64,000 bases of DNA from Psammoneis japonica (lineage: Eukaryota). Position 1 is the stretch's first letter, and the number at the start of each line of letters is the position of its first letter. This document shows positions 13,382 through 24,453 of this stretch, piece by piece. The DNA lies in contig QPGO01000044.1 of the NCBI GenBank assembly GCA_008632985.1, positions 434,001-498,000 on the forward strand, in the 5' to 3' direction. The notes below the pieces were generated by a model. That model was not told the origin of the DNA. It was given only the letters and a program-made list of their open reading frames with translations, and ran no database searches. The translations under genes and the position numbers were made by a program.

Positions 13382-14853
13382 TTACATTGCTGCACTTGTT
13401 TCTGATGGTCAACCAGCCAAGCTGCTGCTCTTGCTGTTGCAGCTCTCTTTTCTCACATTCAGTCAATTTGTTTGTGTTGGCTTTGGTCTCCATCCAGTTC
13501 TTGAGTTGACTGCAATTACAGTGCAAAGTCCAATGAGATGAAGACTTGAGTGACAACAAAGTTGTGAGAGAAAGACCAAGGTGACAAGGTTGCTTTCAGC
13601 AAAGCCCATTACAATGGCTTCCTTTGCATCTGATGGGAACATCAACACTGGCTGCATGTCAGAAAAATGGGGTGCGCGACACTGCACCATGTGAGAGATC
13701 TCAAGGAGCATCTGCAAGAGAGATCAAAGCCAGTCTCTGTGAGGAAAAATGACCTTGCCAAGCGCAGATTGCTCTGCTGCATGTTGAGGACGATTTTGCA
13801 AACAGCAAATGTCGAGAAGCATTGTTGCTTGCTTGTCTCATGTGTTGCTTGCTGACAATTTTCACATGCCTCAAAGTTGTTTTTCCATTGTTTCGTTGAT
13901 CTGTTTGAATTTTGAAAGAGATTGTTGGGGTTGGTGACAAAGTGCTGGCCATGTGTCCCTGCAGCCAGTGGGGGCTTCACTCCCTGTGAGCAGCACCATG
14001 GTTGTCATGCAGCCAAAAATCTGTGCCCCACATGTTGGCTCAAATCAGCAGGGCCAGCACAGATTTTCAAGGACTCTGCAAAAACAGATGCAGGTTTTCA
14101 AAAAGAGCAGATGTTGGTTGATTCTGCCAAAAGTGGCACCAGTTTTTGATGGATTTTTCAAGTCCCTCAAAATGTGTGGGTGCAGTGCAGATCATTCTCA
14201 CTCTGGCACAGATTTTCTGCAGCAACTTCTTGCTGATTTGCTGGTGCAAGTGTTTGCCTTTCAGGCACTGTGCATCAAACATTTCTCAAAGTCATGTTGA
14301 TGTGCAGTGGTTTGCTCACTTTGTGCATCTTTGCATGACATTTTTCTGCAGGATTGCCAAAGATGCACTTTCACAGCATGGGAGGTTGGGATGGCAACAC
14401 TTTGCAACTTTCCTCTTGTTTTGGAAGGCAGCATTCTTGCATTCACAACACTCTGACATCACAAGAGTGCACGCGACACTTTCTTTTGCAAGGTCAATGG
14501 TTTTGTCAGATCTGCCCAATCTCAAAACAAGAAAGCGAGAAAGGAAGCAGCTTTGAGCACATTTTCTGATTCCTGCACTCCAAGGCATCTTGTCAAAGGC
14601 AGCGAAAGAGCAGCTGCAAGATGACACCCATGACCACCACAGCAACTGTTCCATGCCAAAACTGTCATTGCATGGGGTGCATGCTCACGAGTGCTTGGGC
14701 ATCAACAAAACCTGGCTCTGTGCTTCAATGGATTGTCAGTCGTTTGAAGGCATCACAAGATGCCACTGTGTGGTGCATGTGCTGATGAGGTTTCAATGTC
14801 CAATTGCAGACACTCACAAACTAGATGGCATTGCCATTTTCAGCTCTGCAGCT

Positions 14854-15569
14854 GTCACCAAACGGACAGCACACCACAGTGCATGCAGCGCGCAATGTGT
14901 GCAGACATCTGGCCACGAGTGTGAAGTGTGATTCTGGTCTCTGCTCTATGATGGTGTGCAGTGTGACATGCACAGCACATGCACCACACAATGTGATGCT
15001 CTAAATTCAAAATCTGTGAGCCAGAGCAGCCGTCAAGCAAGGGAAATTGTGCCTGAGTTTTTCAGAGCGTTTGTGTCATTTTTTTCTGCAACAGCTTTTC
15101 TTCATTCAATTCAATTCAATCTTAAAATTTACACCGCTTCTACAGCGGCCACCCAAGGCTCAGTCACGCCTGACATTCCCTTTCAATCCACAACCATGGA
15201 ATGGGGTCAGAACGTCAATTCACAAAACACACAATTCGCGCTTTCAGTTGTGGGCGATGATCACTGTTCGCACTGTTCGTCGCCAAACGGACAGCACTGT
15301 ACATACATACCGGCAGGGTCTATGAGAGTGAATACAGGACGTAGGTAATGTGTGGGATATCTAACCACGAGTATGAAGTATGATTCTGATCTCTACTCTA
15401 CGATGGTGTACAGTATGACATACACAGTACATACATTACGTACACAGTAATGTGATACTCCAAATTCAAAATCTGCGAGCTTAGTAGCCGTTAATTAAGC
15501 GCGGGAAATTCGCGCCTGAGTTTTTCAGAGCGTTCGCATCATTTTTTTCTGCGACAGCTTTTCTTCATT
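14854..15569 (+). repeat. Direct duplication: 14854-15106 (mutated copy) and 15279-15569 (unmutated copy)
   Basis: Both copies start near ccaaacggacagcac and end acagcttttcttcatt; 14904-14988 aligns without gaps to 15356-15440. Confidence 0.9.
15101..15200 (-). mobile_element. Possible 3' end of a non-LTR retroelement (stem-loop plus microsatellite tail)
   Basis: Minus strand reads ...CCGCTGTAGAAGCGGTGTAAATTTTAAGA followed by (TTGAA)3; CCGCT/AGCGG stem at 15134-15148. Confidence 0.35.
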
Positions 15570-15875
15570 GGCAGAGCTGAGGATAGGCACACCTACTTTC
15601 TAGAGAGAGTAGAGAGGGAGAGTGCGAATCGCAGGTTTTTTGAATTCACACCAAAACTGCGTAAAATGACAATAAGAAGCTCGCATGTACACCCCACACA
15701 AAAGCATACTTCATGCCAAAAACGAAACTCGGCAAGCTGCAAACTGAAAACGGTAGGGCCTTACTGTACTTTCAACGGATTTGGGCGACAGGCGACGACT
15801 CCTCCTCCCAGGGAAAACAAAAAGAGAACATTATGGGATGAAACACTCGTTTCTCCTTTTGTTCGCATTGAGAGA

Positions 15876-17015
15876 ATGCCAAGAATCGTCTCCGCGTTTT
15901 TGCTGGGGACATTCATCTTGATTCTTTTGCTCTACCGGTACTTTGATTTTTTGCCTCTGGGTACTCTCGTGAAACGTCATGGAGAGAACGCCGTGTCAAC
16001 CCACAAGTTGCAACGTGATGCGTGCTCCCAGCTCGAGCGATCTGACAAAGCGACACTGTCTGGAATTTCCTTGACGAATGCTGAGCTTCCTCCTTCTATT
16101 CGTCTTCCAAAAAGTGACTTCACGCTTCTGCACATTGGAAAGGCTGGAGGCGGAACTTTCAAGAACCGATTGGGAAGCATGTGGAACATTCGTCACGTTC
16201 AATGTCACCCAACGCCGTGTTGGGAACGATTGCAGGAAAAAAAACAAGAGACTGTGTTTGCCATTACCCTTCGTGATCCAATTGATCGTTTTGTTTCTGC
16301 CTTTTATTGGAGATCCATTGTGTTGTGCCATCCTGACGGAGATGATCGTAAAAGAGACGAAAAAGCCTATTTGAATCCCAACGAGTATTGCCAGGCTCGC
16401 AATCGACAGGCTCGCAATCGACAAATCGAAACGGACGTTATTTTTCATAAGTATAAGCGCAACGTCAGTTTGTTGGCGGAAGCAATGTGTCGCAACCCAC
16501 AAAGCGCTCGTTTGGATGTTGAAAGCATCGTGCACGCACAGTTTTCTATTGAAGATTGGTTGGGACATGTCTGGAGAAATAATAACGTGACAGACGTGTT
16601 GTTTCCAGTGGTGCTGGAAAACGAGTTTGACTACAATTTACAAATCGACAATGCTGTCCATTGGATCAATGATCGTCTTGATTTTGCCAATGCTTCCGAC
16701 ATGGCTCTCCGACAAGCTCACGTGAATAGCATTGATTGCCAACTGCAGCAACAGCAACACGACAATAGCACCGGTACGGATTTGTCTCGACTAGTCACGG
16801 TCTCTCGACATTCCTCCTCCTTGTCAAATAGAAACTTTGCTGCGCTCTCATCCTTGGGTGAATCCTGTCTTGCTCTTTTCTTTGAGCAAGATTATGCCAT
16901 TCTTCAAGATTTGAAGGAATTTGTCTGCAAGACCAACTTGTGCCGTGACGCGATTCAATCCATTCTTGACCGACGTGCACCCTTGTTTCGTCGTACAGAC
17001 AAAGACACGAATTAG
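15876..17015 (+). CDS. Type II membrane sulfotransferase (Sulfotransfer_2 family)
   Basis: ORF 15666-17015; likely start MPRIVSAFLLG before the TM; motifs LLHIGKAGGGTF and TLRDPIDRFVSAFY. Confidence 0.85.
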   Translation: MPRIVSAFLLGTFILILLLYRYFDFLPLGTLVKRHGENAVSTHKLQRDACSQLERSDKATLSGISLTNAELPPSIRLPKSDFTLLHIGKAGGGTFKNRLGSMWNIRHVQCHPTPCWERLQEKKQETVFAITLRDPIDRFVSAFYWRSIVLCHPDGDDRKRDEKAYLNPNEYCQARNRQARNRQIETDVIFHKYKRNVSLLAEAMCRNPQSARLDVESIVHAQFSIEDWLGHVWRNNNVTDVLFPVVLENEFDYNLQIDNAVHWINDRLDFANASDMALRQAHVNSIDCQLQQQQHDNSTGTDLSRLVTVSRHSSSLSNRNFAALSSLGESCLALFFEQDYAILQDLKEFVCKTNLCRDAIQSILDRRAPLFRRTDKDTN

Positions 17016-17099
17016 AAAGGAGACATGATGAGATGTATTTGTTTTGAGAAAAGAAGGAGAGCCACATGCATTGCATTGTGAGTGTTTGGCGCTCATGAA

Positions 17100-19860
17100 T
17101 GTGCTGAGCACAGAAATGCAATCCTTATGTTTGAATAATAGAGCAGTGCGCCGCGGGGTTAAAAACGGCGCAATATAAAGCTTGCCTGTCACATCACGAC
17201 GTTGTTTTACAAGGGCTTCAAAATTGAACAAAAAGTAGTTTTTCAAACTTTGTGCATTGGGGTCCAATGTACTTCCCTCTTTATCTAACAGCACCGTCTG
17301 AAAGGAGTTGTCGGCGTTGAATTCCACATCAAATGTACATCCCAATACCTTGAGCGCATTGGGGTGCACTGCCAACAATGCTCCCTTTTTGCCTTGGCAA
17401 TTTAATTCCACCACTTCGTGTCGTGTGGTGATGTTGTCGTTGGACCTGAAGTCAAAGGAAAACACATTGCGAGGCACACCGGCATTGAACTGTGTGTGCT
17501 GCAATTGAATTGCTTTTTTATCATTGTCAAGCAAGGAAGAAAACAGGGCATTGGCCTTGGGAGTGACTGGCAAGGGGTCTTTTCTTTGTCATGAGTGCCA
17601 TTGGAAGAAAAGAACCAAATGAGGTTGGAAATCATCATTTGTGTTGCCCTGCCATTCCAGAACACAGGACCACCACGGATTTGAGAGACTCCATTGCAAA
17701 ACTGTCTTGGGAGTTCCAAAGCAAAACTCCTCCATTTCATCATCAGGCCTCGTTGACATGGGACAAACATGGCTTGGGCTGCCAAGATCATCATGGTGGA
17801 TGAAAATGCTAGAATGATCAATGTCACTCTCAACCGTGTCAGCCATGCAGCATGTGCTTTGGGCACAGGCCCATTGCGCAGTGTGCAAAATGGGGATTTT
17901 CTGTCAGCAGAGTGCGCTTGCGCAGAGTGCGCACCAGCACGTGGAATGCACATGGTGCAGCACCAGGTTCAGTGCAACCGTGCTTCATTGCTGGCAATGC
18001 TGCAATGACACCGTTCATTGCTTCTTGATTGCATTTTACTGCACCACATTGCCAGCACATCACATTGCCACCAGATCATGTTGATCACATTGCTGCTGCA
18101 CTACATTGCCATTGAATCACACCCCTTTTGCCAACAAGAAAAAACGACACAACAAAATTGCATCATGCAAGCACACTTGAGCTGAGAAGAGCTCTCTCGA
18201 CTCTGGGCTTCTCTTGCAGCACTGCCAACAGTCTTGATTGACATCATGTCCCTTGTGCAAACTGGAAAAAAGATGCAACAAAATGGCATCATGCAACGTG
18301 TTGTGCTGGGCTGTCTCAACAACATGTGCTTGAGCTGTGAGAAAAACTTGCTCACTTTGCTGGAGCATTGGAAAGTTGCACAAGGACCGCCAGCCAGCCA
18401 GATGTTCAACTTCAGACATGGACAAACGCATCTCATGGTGAACACGCCACCATTCCCAAACCCTCCTTGCAACCTCTGCAGCATCTTCTTTGTTCCAAGC
18501 CAGTTGGTCCATGTGTTCTTCAATGTTGCTTGGACAATCGCGCTCCTCTCCAGCTTCTTCCTGCATTTTCAATGCAAGCATGGTGTCATGCTTGTCTGCT
18601 CCTTCAAGAGCAGTCCAATGGTCATCATCTGTTTCATCAGTCTTCTCCTTGTGCACCTTCAGCTCCTCTTTAAAATTCACAATGAATGCAGGGTGGTTGA
18701 ACTCTCATTCAACAGGCTTGTCATGTGTCTTGCTGTTGTCCAGCACCAGAGACACACGTGGAATTGCACGTGCTGCACAAAGTGCCAAAAAAGGTGCGCA
18801 ATTTGGGGTTTTGGAGTGCACAATGGGCCTGTGCCAAATGTGCTTCATGCACCCAGGTTGCCAAGTGCAACTCTCATAGATTCAGGATGGACGATGTGCG
18901 AGGATTGCATGCGTCATGTGCCATGGGAGGTGTGTCCCAAAAACCTCCGACATGTTTTGTGCAGAGTTCTCTTCAAAAATTGTTTTGCACATGCAAACTC
19001 AGTGCAGTGATTGGGGGTCACTCTGGGGCCAACCATCCATCCTCAATCAATGAGAGCCTCTGCCCTCCTCTGCAGACACTGCATGAAATGGGGGTCACTG
19101 GAGCCACAGGCCTGAAGTGTTGATGTCACAAGTGTGTTTTGCACCACAACACTGTGTGAGACACCTCGTCCCGTGATGTCATCACCCTCTAAAATTGTTG
19201 CATGATGAGCCAAAGGAGTTTTTGTGGGTGACCACATGACAAGTGTGCAATGACTCTGGTGCCAAGCAGCAGGTTCATTCTCCTCAACGGTGCATCACAG
19301 AGCTGCCACATTTTCTTTCCTTTGTTGAAACCTGCAATTTGCTTTGCTCAAAACTGTTAAAAATTTAAAAACATCTTGTTTGTTGCTTGCAAACCTGAAG
19401 ACCTGCTCCAAATCCCACTTGTCACAAGTTGAAGTCATGTCAAGACAGAAGTTCCAGTTGCCCAAATTTCAACACTTCAATGGCTTTTGACTCACCAGGT
19501 GGCATTTTTAAATTGTTCTGAAGAAAAGCATCATGAAATTTGGACCAGAGCATCACTTTTGATGACCACGATTGTGAGTCAGATGCCGGAAAATGTGCAT
19601 TGTGAGGTGAGCACTCCTTGAGCACAAGCTTTGTGACATTTTCTTTTGTTTTCCTCACAAAAACCTTTGTTTTTGACTTCTTAATTGTCAGGTTGAAGAA
19701 TGTTTTTGGCCTCTTCTTTCATGAAGAACAAGATCCAGAAGAGCTCGGCTGGCCAAAGGGAGCATTTTTTGCTCATTTTTTGGTTGATGTTGTTCTAAAA
19801 GACTCTGTCATTTTCAAGTTTGCTGTTGTGTTTTTGACACTTTCAAGGCTTTTTTGACAG
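17100..19860 (-). pseudogene. Decayed unidentified gene interrupted by the element at 17831-18860
   Basis: Coding-like minus-strand segments (16848-17573, 17589-17830, 19043-19237, 19440-19658); the part below ~17350 still keeps TA and CG. Confidence 0.3.
17831..18860 (-). mobile_element. Internally deleted hAT-like DNA transposon relic
   Basis: Degenerate inverted ends (caacc...ggcacaggcccattgcgca at 17831-17880 vs tgcacaatgggcctgtgcc...ggttg at ~18816-18860). Internal peptides AWNKEDAAEVARRVWEWWR and FFSQLK resemble a hAT C-terminal dimerisation region. No clear target-site duplication. Confidence 0.5.
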
Positions 19861-20264
19861 AAAGAAACCGGTCAAGAGTGTGCTGTTGTCTTGTAGAAGT
19901 GGGCCAGACTCAGGCTCTTGATGCAGTGGCTGGAAAGAAGGCACACTCAGACAGAGACATCAAGGCCAGACAATTTCTGGGTCTGGTCTTTTCACACTGG
20001 GCAGAATTCTGTTGAAATGCTCAAGCATCAATTGTGGGGTTGGCCATGCATTGGGTTGCATTTGGCTCTCCATCAAGCCCAGACCCAGATCTGATGCAAT
20101 TGAAGCATGCAGTGAGTGCTGGTGCAACACAGTGGCTTGGACACAAGCCAACTTCAGAGCCCCAGACAACTGGCTTGGGTGTTGTTTTTATCTGCAACAG
20201 AGTGCTGATGGTTTCAACATTGCTCAATCAACTTCTTACATTGGCTTGGTGGGGTGAGCCCAAT

Positions 20265-20802
20265 CTGTCAAAAATCTCCAATCAAACAGCTTTTGGCATC
20301 TCAAAGCAAAAGTGGGGTCATGTCCTGTGAGCTGCAATGGCACACTCCAATGCCTCAAATGCCTTGCATTGACACGGGGCAGAGAGGGGGCACACTCTTG
20401 GGGGGGTCTTTCTGGCTTTTTTCCTTTGGCTGCAAGAGCCACAGCACTCCATCAGAGCATGTGTTGCAGTGATCATTAAGGCTGTCTGTCTCACAGCAAT
20501 TGTCAACCTTTTTGCATGTGACATTTGTGCACTGTCAAAAATCTCCAATCAAACAGCTTTTGGCATCTCAAAGCAAAAGTGGGGTCATGTCCTGTGAGCT
20601 GCAATGGTGCACTCCAATGCCTCAAATGCCTTGCATTGACACAGGGCAGAGAGGGGGGCACACTCTTGGGGGGGTCTCTCTGGCTTTTTTCCTTTGGCTG
20701 CAAGAGCCACAGCACTCCATCAGAGCATGTGTTGCAGTGATCATCAAGGCTGTCTGTCTCACAGCAATTGTTGACCTTTTTGCATGTGACATTTGTGCAC
20801 TG
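20265..20802 (+). repeat. Tandem duplication, 2 x ~268 bp
   Basis: Units start ctgtcaaaaatctccaatc at 20265 and 20532. Confidence 0.95.
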
Positions 20803-21280
20803 AGATGGACAACCATCTGCCAGTTGTGCACTCAGTGAATGCGTGTCAACTGTGACAGATGAACATTTTCATGATGCTGCAGGATCTGTCCCCCCCATCC
20901 CAATCCCATGAGGAAAACATGTTTCACCATGAAACAGCTGTCCATGTTCCCTGCAAGAGTTCCCACCCTTTGCCTCTACAAAACCTGTGAATTAAAAGCA
21001 TTTGCACTGCAAATGCTCTGTTTTGTTGTTTGCATTTAATTCAAATGATGCTGATGGAGACAACACAATGATGCCCAAGGCCCGACATGCTCACCAGATG
21101 CAATCTGTGGACAAAAAACATGGAGGTCAGGTGACTGCACTGAGACTCTCAACTGCAAGAGCATGACACAGATGAGCTGACATGATCAATGGAAATGGCT
21201 GGCAATGGTGACGTAAACTTGCTGTTGGGTCTGCCGCTGCCACCACTGACTCTGGTGCCCTCAAGTTTGTGGTGGCAACT

Positions 21281-21760
21281 GCAGCTCTCTTTCTTGAAGT
21301 GCTGTCATTCTGATCCACCCCATTCATTGCCATAAAGTGCAGAAAACGTTGTGAGAGTGCAGTGTGGAGATGAACCAACACAACCAACAGGAGCAGCAAC
21401 ACAGACTTGCCGGTGCACCCAGTGCACCACTGATTCTGGAGCAGTCGAGTTTGCAGCAGCAGCAGCTGCAGCTCTCTTTCTTGGAGTGCTGTTGCTCTGA
21501 TCCACCCCTTGTTCATTGTCAAAAAGTGCAGAACATGTTGTGAGAGTGCAGTGTGGATGAACCAACACAACCAACAGGGGCAGCAACACAGACTTGCTGG
21601 TGCACCCGGCACTGCAGAGCAGGCAAGTTTGCAGCAGCAGCTGCTGCATGCAGCTCTCTTTCTTGAAGTGCTGTTGCCATGGTTCACCTTGATCACTGCC
21701 AAAAAGTGCAAAGCAGGTTGTGAAAGCACAGTGTGAATAAACCAACACAACCAATGGGAA
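21281..21760 (+). repeat. Degenerate tandem repeat, about 3 units of ~185 bp
   Basis: gcagctctctttcttg(a/g)agtgctgt recurs at ~21281, 21468 and 21650, each followed by aaccaacacaaccaa. Confidence 0.85.
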
Positions 21761-22592
21761 TGGCAACGTGGGCTCACCAGTGTGTCTGGTGCCAGCACTG
21801 ATTTTTCGGAGCAACTCGGCGTGCAATGTCGTGCACCCAACTCCATCCCCACAACTCAAAGAAAACACAGAAATGCTTGAGAAAGCATGTGAGGAAGCAA
21901 AACACATCTTAAGTTCCACAGAATGCATTCGTCAGATCAGCTGTGGGAACAAGCACCACCTGCATGATGTGCACAACACTGTGCAAGGCACTGCATGAAT
22001 GACAAGTCACAATGAGTGTGCATTTGATTGAAGCTTGTGTCAGAAAAGCCAATGAGACATCAGAAGAACAACACAAAACAAGTGCATTTTGTTGAATGCT
22101 GTTGCTGCCATTTTTCAAATTCTGCTGATTGACACTTTTGACAACGCACACGCAAAAAATCACAAGTGCCCAAATTGGCGCGTGCACTCTGATGTCGCGG
22201 GGTCCAACCACTGCTGAGGAGATCAAGAAACCTTCCTGAAAGTGCAAAACCAGTGCTCACATTTATGATTCTGAAGGTCTCTCTTTCTGTGGTGCAAGTT
22301 TTGTTGTCAGTCCTCTGTGGAGAGAGGTGTGTTGGCCAATGGACAGATGGACACACGGACGGACGCGTCCGGACATGACTGTTCAATGAAGAGCACAAGA
22401 GGCCACATTCGATCCAGCTCTCTCCCGCGCCAGAATTTTTTTGGAACTTGATCCGACAATCGTTCCCCAACGCATAACGCATGTCAAACAGCAAGTTCAA
22501 CGCAGCTGCTGTTGGACCACGACACTGTATGAGAGCCGCTTGTGTTTATGAAATCACAAAGTATATCCTGGAGCAAGGAAAGAGTGTGAAGC

Positions 22593-24023
22593 ATGAGACG
22601 TGTGGCACAGCACAGCGTCGACGAAATAGACGACGTGGAGAAAATGGAGCTGGTTTCGCCAAGAGAGAAACTCGACAACACGAGAGACGGCAACCAAGAG
22701 TACTGGAAAAAACTCCTTGTAAAGCTCTTAGTTATCGGATTGTTGACGGCTTCTCTGACGGCTCTTCAACTTTTGTTAACGGAAGATCAGGAGAAAAACG
22801 ACGTGGAAGAGGTAGACGAAGCAAGTCTTGGAAATGCGGCACTACAAGACGGTGTCGCAAAGCAAGTTCCTTGGGAAGAAGGCAAAGCAAACAGTCAGGG
22901 GAACATAGCTTGGTGGAAGACGAACCAAATTCGCTCCAAACGGGGCTGGTCACCTAAACAAAGTGGAGCAAACATATCCTCAAAAAACAAGTATCGCCAT
23001 CGAGGAGGGGCATCAACATTTGGCACCACGTCTCGTCACAAAGGTGAACCAGGAGCGAACCCTTCTCCACCCGAAATGTGGTCCAAGTTTGACAATCATT
23101 TTTGTATCAAGCAGGATGAGGACGTCGACGACACAGAGGAAGACGGGCTCTCTCGGGCTCCTCGTGCCATTTTGTTGGGTGCTATGAAGGGTGGTACATC
23201 ATCACTTTCAACATACATTCGTGAGCACCCAATGTTCCACAAGCCACAGAAGAAAGAGATGCATTTCTTTGATTATAACTTTGATGACTTCTTGACGGAA
23301 AATGGAATACTTTACAAAAAGGCACGCAAAGAGTATTCGGAATGGTTTCATCAAGAAGGGCTTTCAGATAGCTCTTCAATGCTGGCTCTGGATGATTCCC
23401 CACGGTATCTCTTTTGGTCTGATCGTGTACCTCAGAGAGTCATGTGTGTGGCTCCACATGCAAAGCTCTTGGTGGTAGTGCGTGACCCAATCGAGAGGTC
23501 GTATTCCAACTACAACCATCTCTTAAAGCACATACATCGAAATCCCCCGTCCTTTGACGAATTGGTACAGCTCGACTTGAAACAATTGCGACAATCGGGT
23601 GTCCTCCAAGATTGGGACAATGTAAATTTTGAGACTTTTTCCGGCTCCCAGGCCGAGAAAGAAGCTTGGAACAACTACGTTAGGGCAGGAAACCGGCATA
23701 AATATATCGTTGGTCGAAGTTTGTACTCTCTTCAGTTGCAACAATGGTTTGATGTTATGGATGAGTCTGGTAAGCCACGGTCTGACATGATGATTGTGCA
23801 AAGTGAATTGCTGAAGACCGAGACAGATGAACAGATGTCCAAGATTTGGAAGTTTCTGGGGGTGGACGGCATCGCGGTTCCAAACAAGGATTACAAAAAC
23901 GTTGGCTCCTACCGAGCGCCGATGAGAAACGAGACTCGTGATGAGCTGCGCAAACTCTTCCATCCGTACAATCAGCGGTTGCATGGCATGCTAGGAGCAG
24001 AATGGGAAGGTGTGTGGGATTGA
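22593..24023 (+). CDS. Type II membrane sulfotransferase (Sulfotransfer_1), inverted paralogue of 4553-6031
   Basis: 476-aa ORF; LLGAMKGGTSSL, EMHFFDY, VRDPIERSYSNY; aligns end to end with the first copy, including the 5' UTR. Confidence 0.9.
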   Translation: MRRVAQHSVDEIDDVEKMELVSPREKLDNTRDGNQEYWKKLLVKLLVIGLLTASLTALQLLLTEDQEKNDVEEVDEASLGNAALQDGVAKQVPWEEGKANSQGNIAWWKTNQIRSKRGWSPKQSGANISSKNKYRHRGGASTFGTTSRHKGEPGANPSPPEMWSKFDNHFCIKQDEDVDDTEEDGLSRAPRAILLGAMKGGTSSLSTYIREHPMFHKPQKKEMHFFDYNFDDFLTENGILYKKARKEYSEWFHQEGLSDSSSMLALDDSPRYLFWSDRVPQRVMCVAPHAKLLVVVRDPIERSYSNYNHLLKHIHRNPPSFDELVQLDLKQLRQSGVLQDWDNVNFETFSGSQAEKEAWNNYVRAGNRHKYIVGRSLYSLQLQQWFDVMDESGKPRSDMMIVQSELLKTETDEQMSKIWKFLGVDGIAVPNKDYKNVGSYRAPMRNETRDELRKLFHPYNQRLHGMLGAEWEGVWD

Positions 24024-24453
24024 GGGACGGATCGTGACGATACTGCGGTCAACCGCGAATTGTATGGCCCTGATTCGCGGCAGAGCAGACGCAGGGGTGT
24101 GTACATGCTTAGTGGATACCTCTCTAGCCCCTTGTCAATTATAGGGAACGGTGTATGGCACGGGTCACACTTCATCGCAACCCGCAAATTACGTCATGAT
24201 CATTTCTCGGTCGATGGCACTTGTGGCTAGATTACATACATTTACTACTATAGTAGTACACTTGGGCTACAGCGCTCGAGCCAATCGTCATCGACGAAAA
24301 ATAGCAGCATTTCCTGATGTGGTGTGGTTTGCACACTCAACACTACCCCACAGTGCCAATAACACCACCACTACAAGAAGGAAAAGCTTAGCTCTTCTGC
24401 GACTACTGTGGGATCGCATTGAGTGGTTGCACTTCAAGATGTACACCTTTGAT

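Larger units (their letters stand above)
6200..15110. other. CpG- and TpA-depleted hypermutated block 2 (contains the gypsy element and gene relics)
   Basis: Same dinucleotide signature; begins next to a poly-C run at ~6192-6206. Confidence 0.8.
17400..22350. other. CpG- and TpA-depleted hypermutated block 3
   Basis: Same signature, fading gradually at both edges. Confidence 0.8.

Noticed and set aside
8468..13455. LTR pair for the gypsy element
   Set aside because: Only a 16-bp match (cagctctcttttctca at ~8468 and ~13440); no extended repeat, primer-binding site or target duplication found.
13950..14660. Further glycosyltransferase (GT92-like) relic on the minus strand
   Set aside because: A TM-like segment and ICTAP motif are suggestive, but the sequence is too decayed to support a call.
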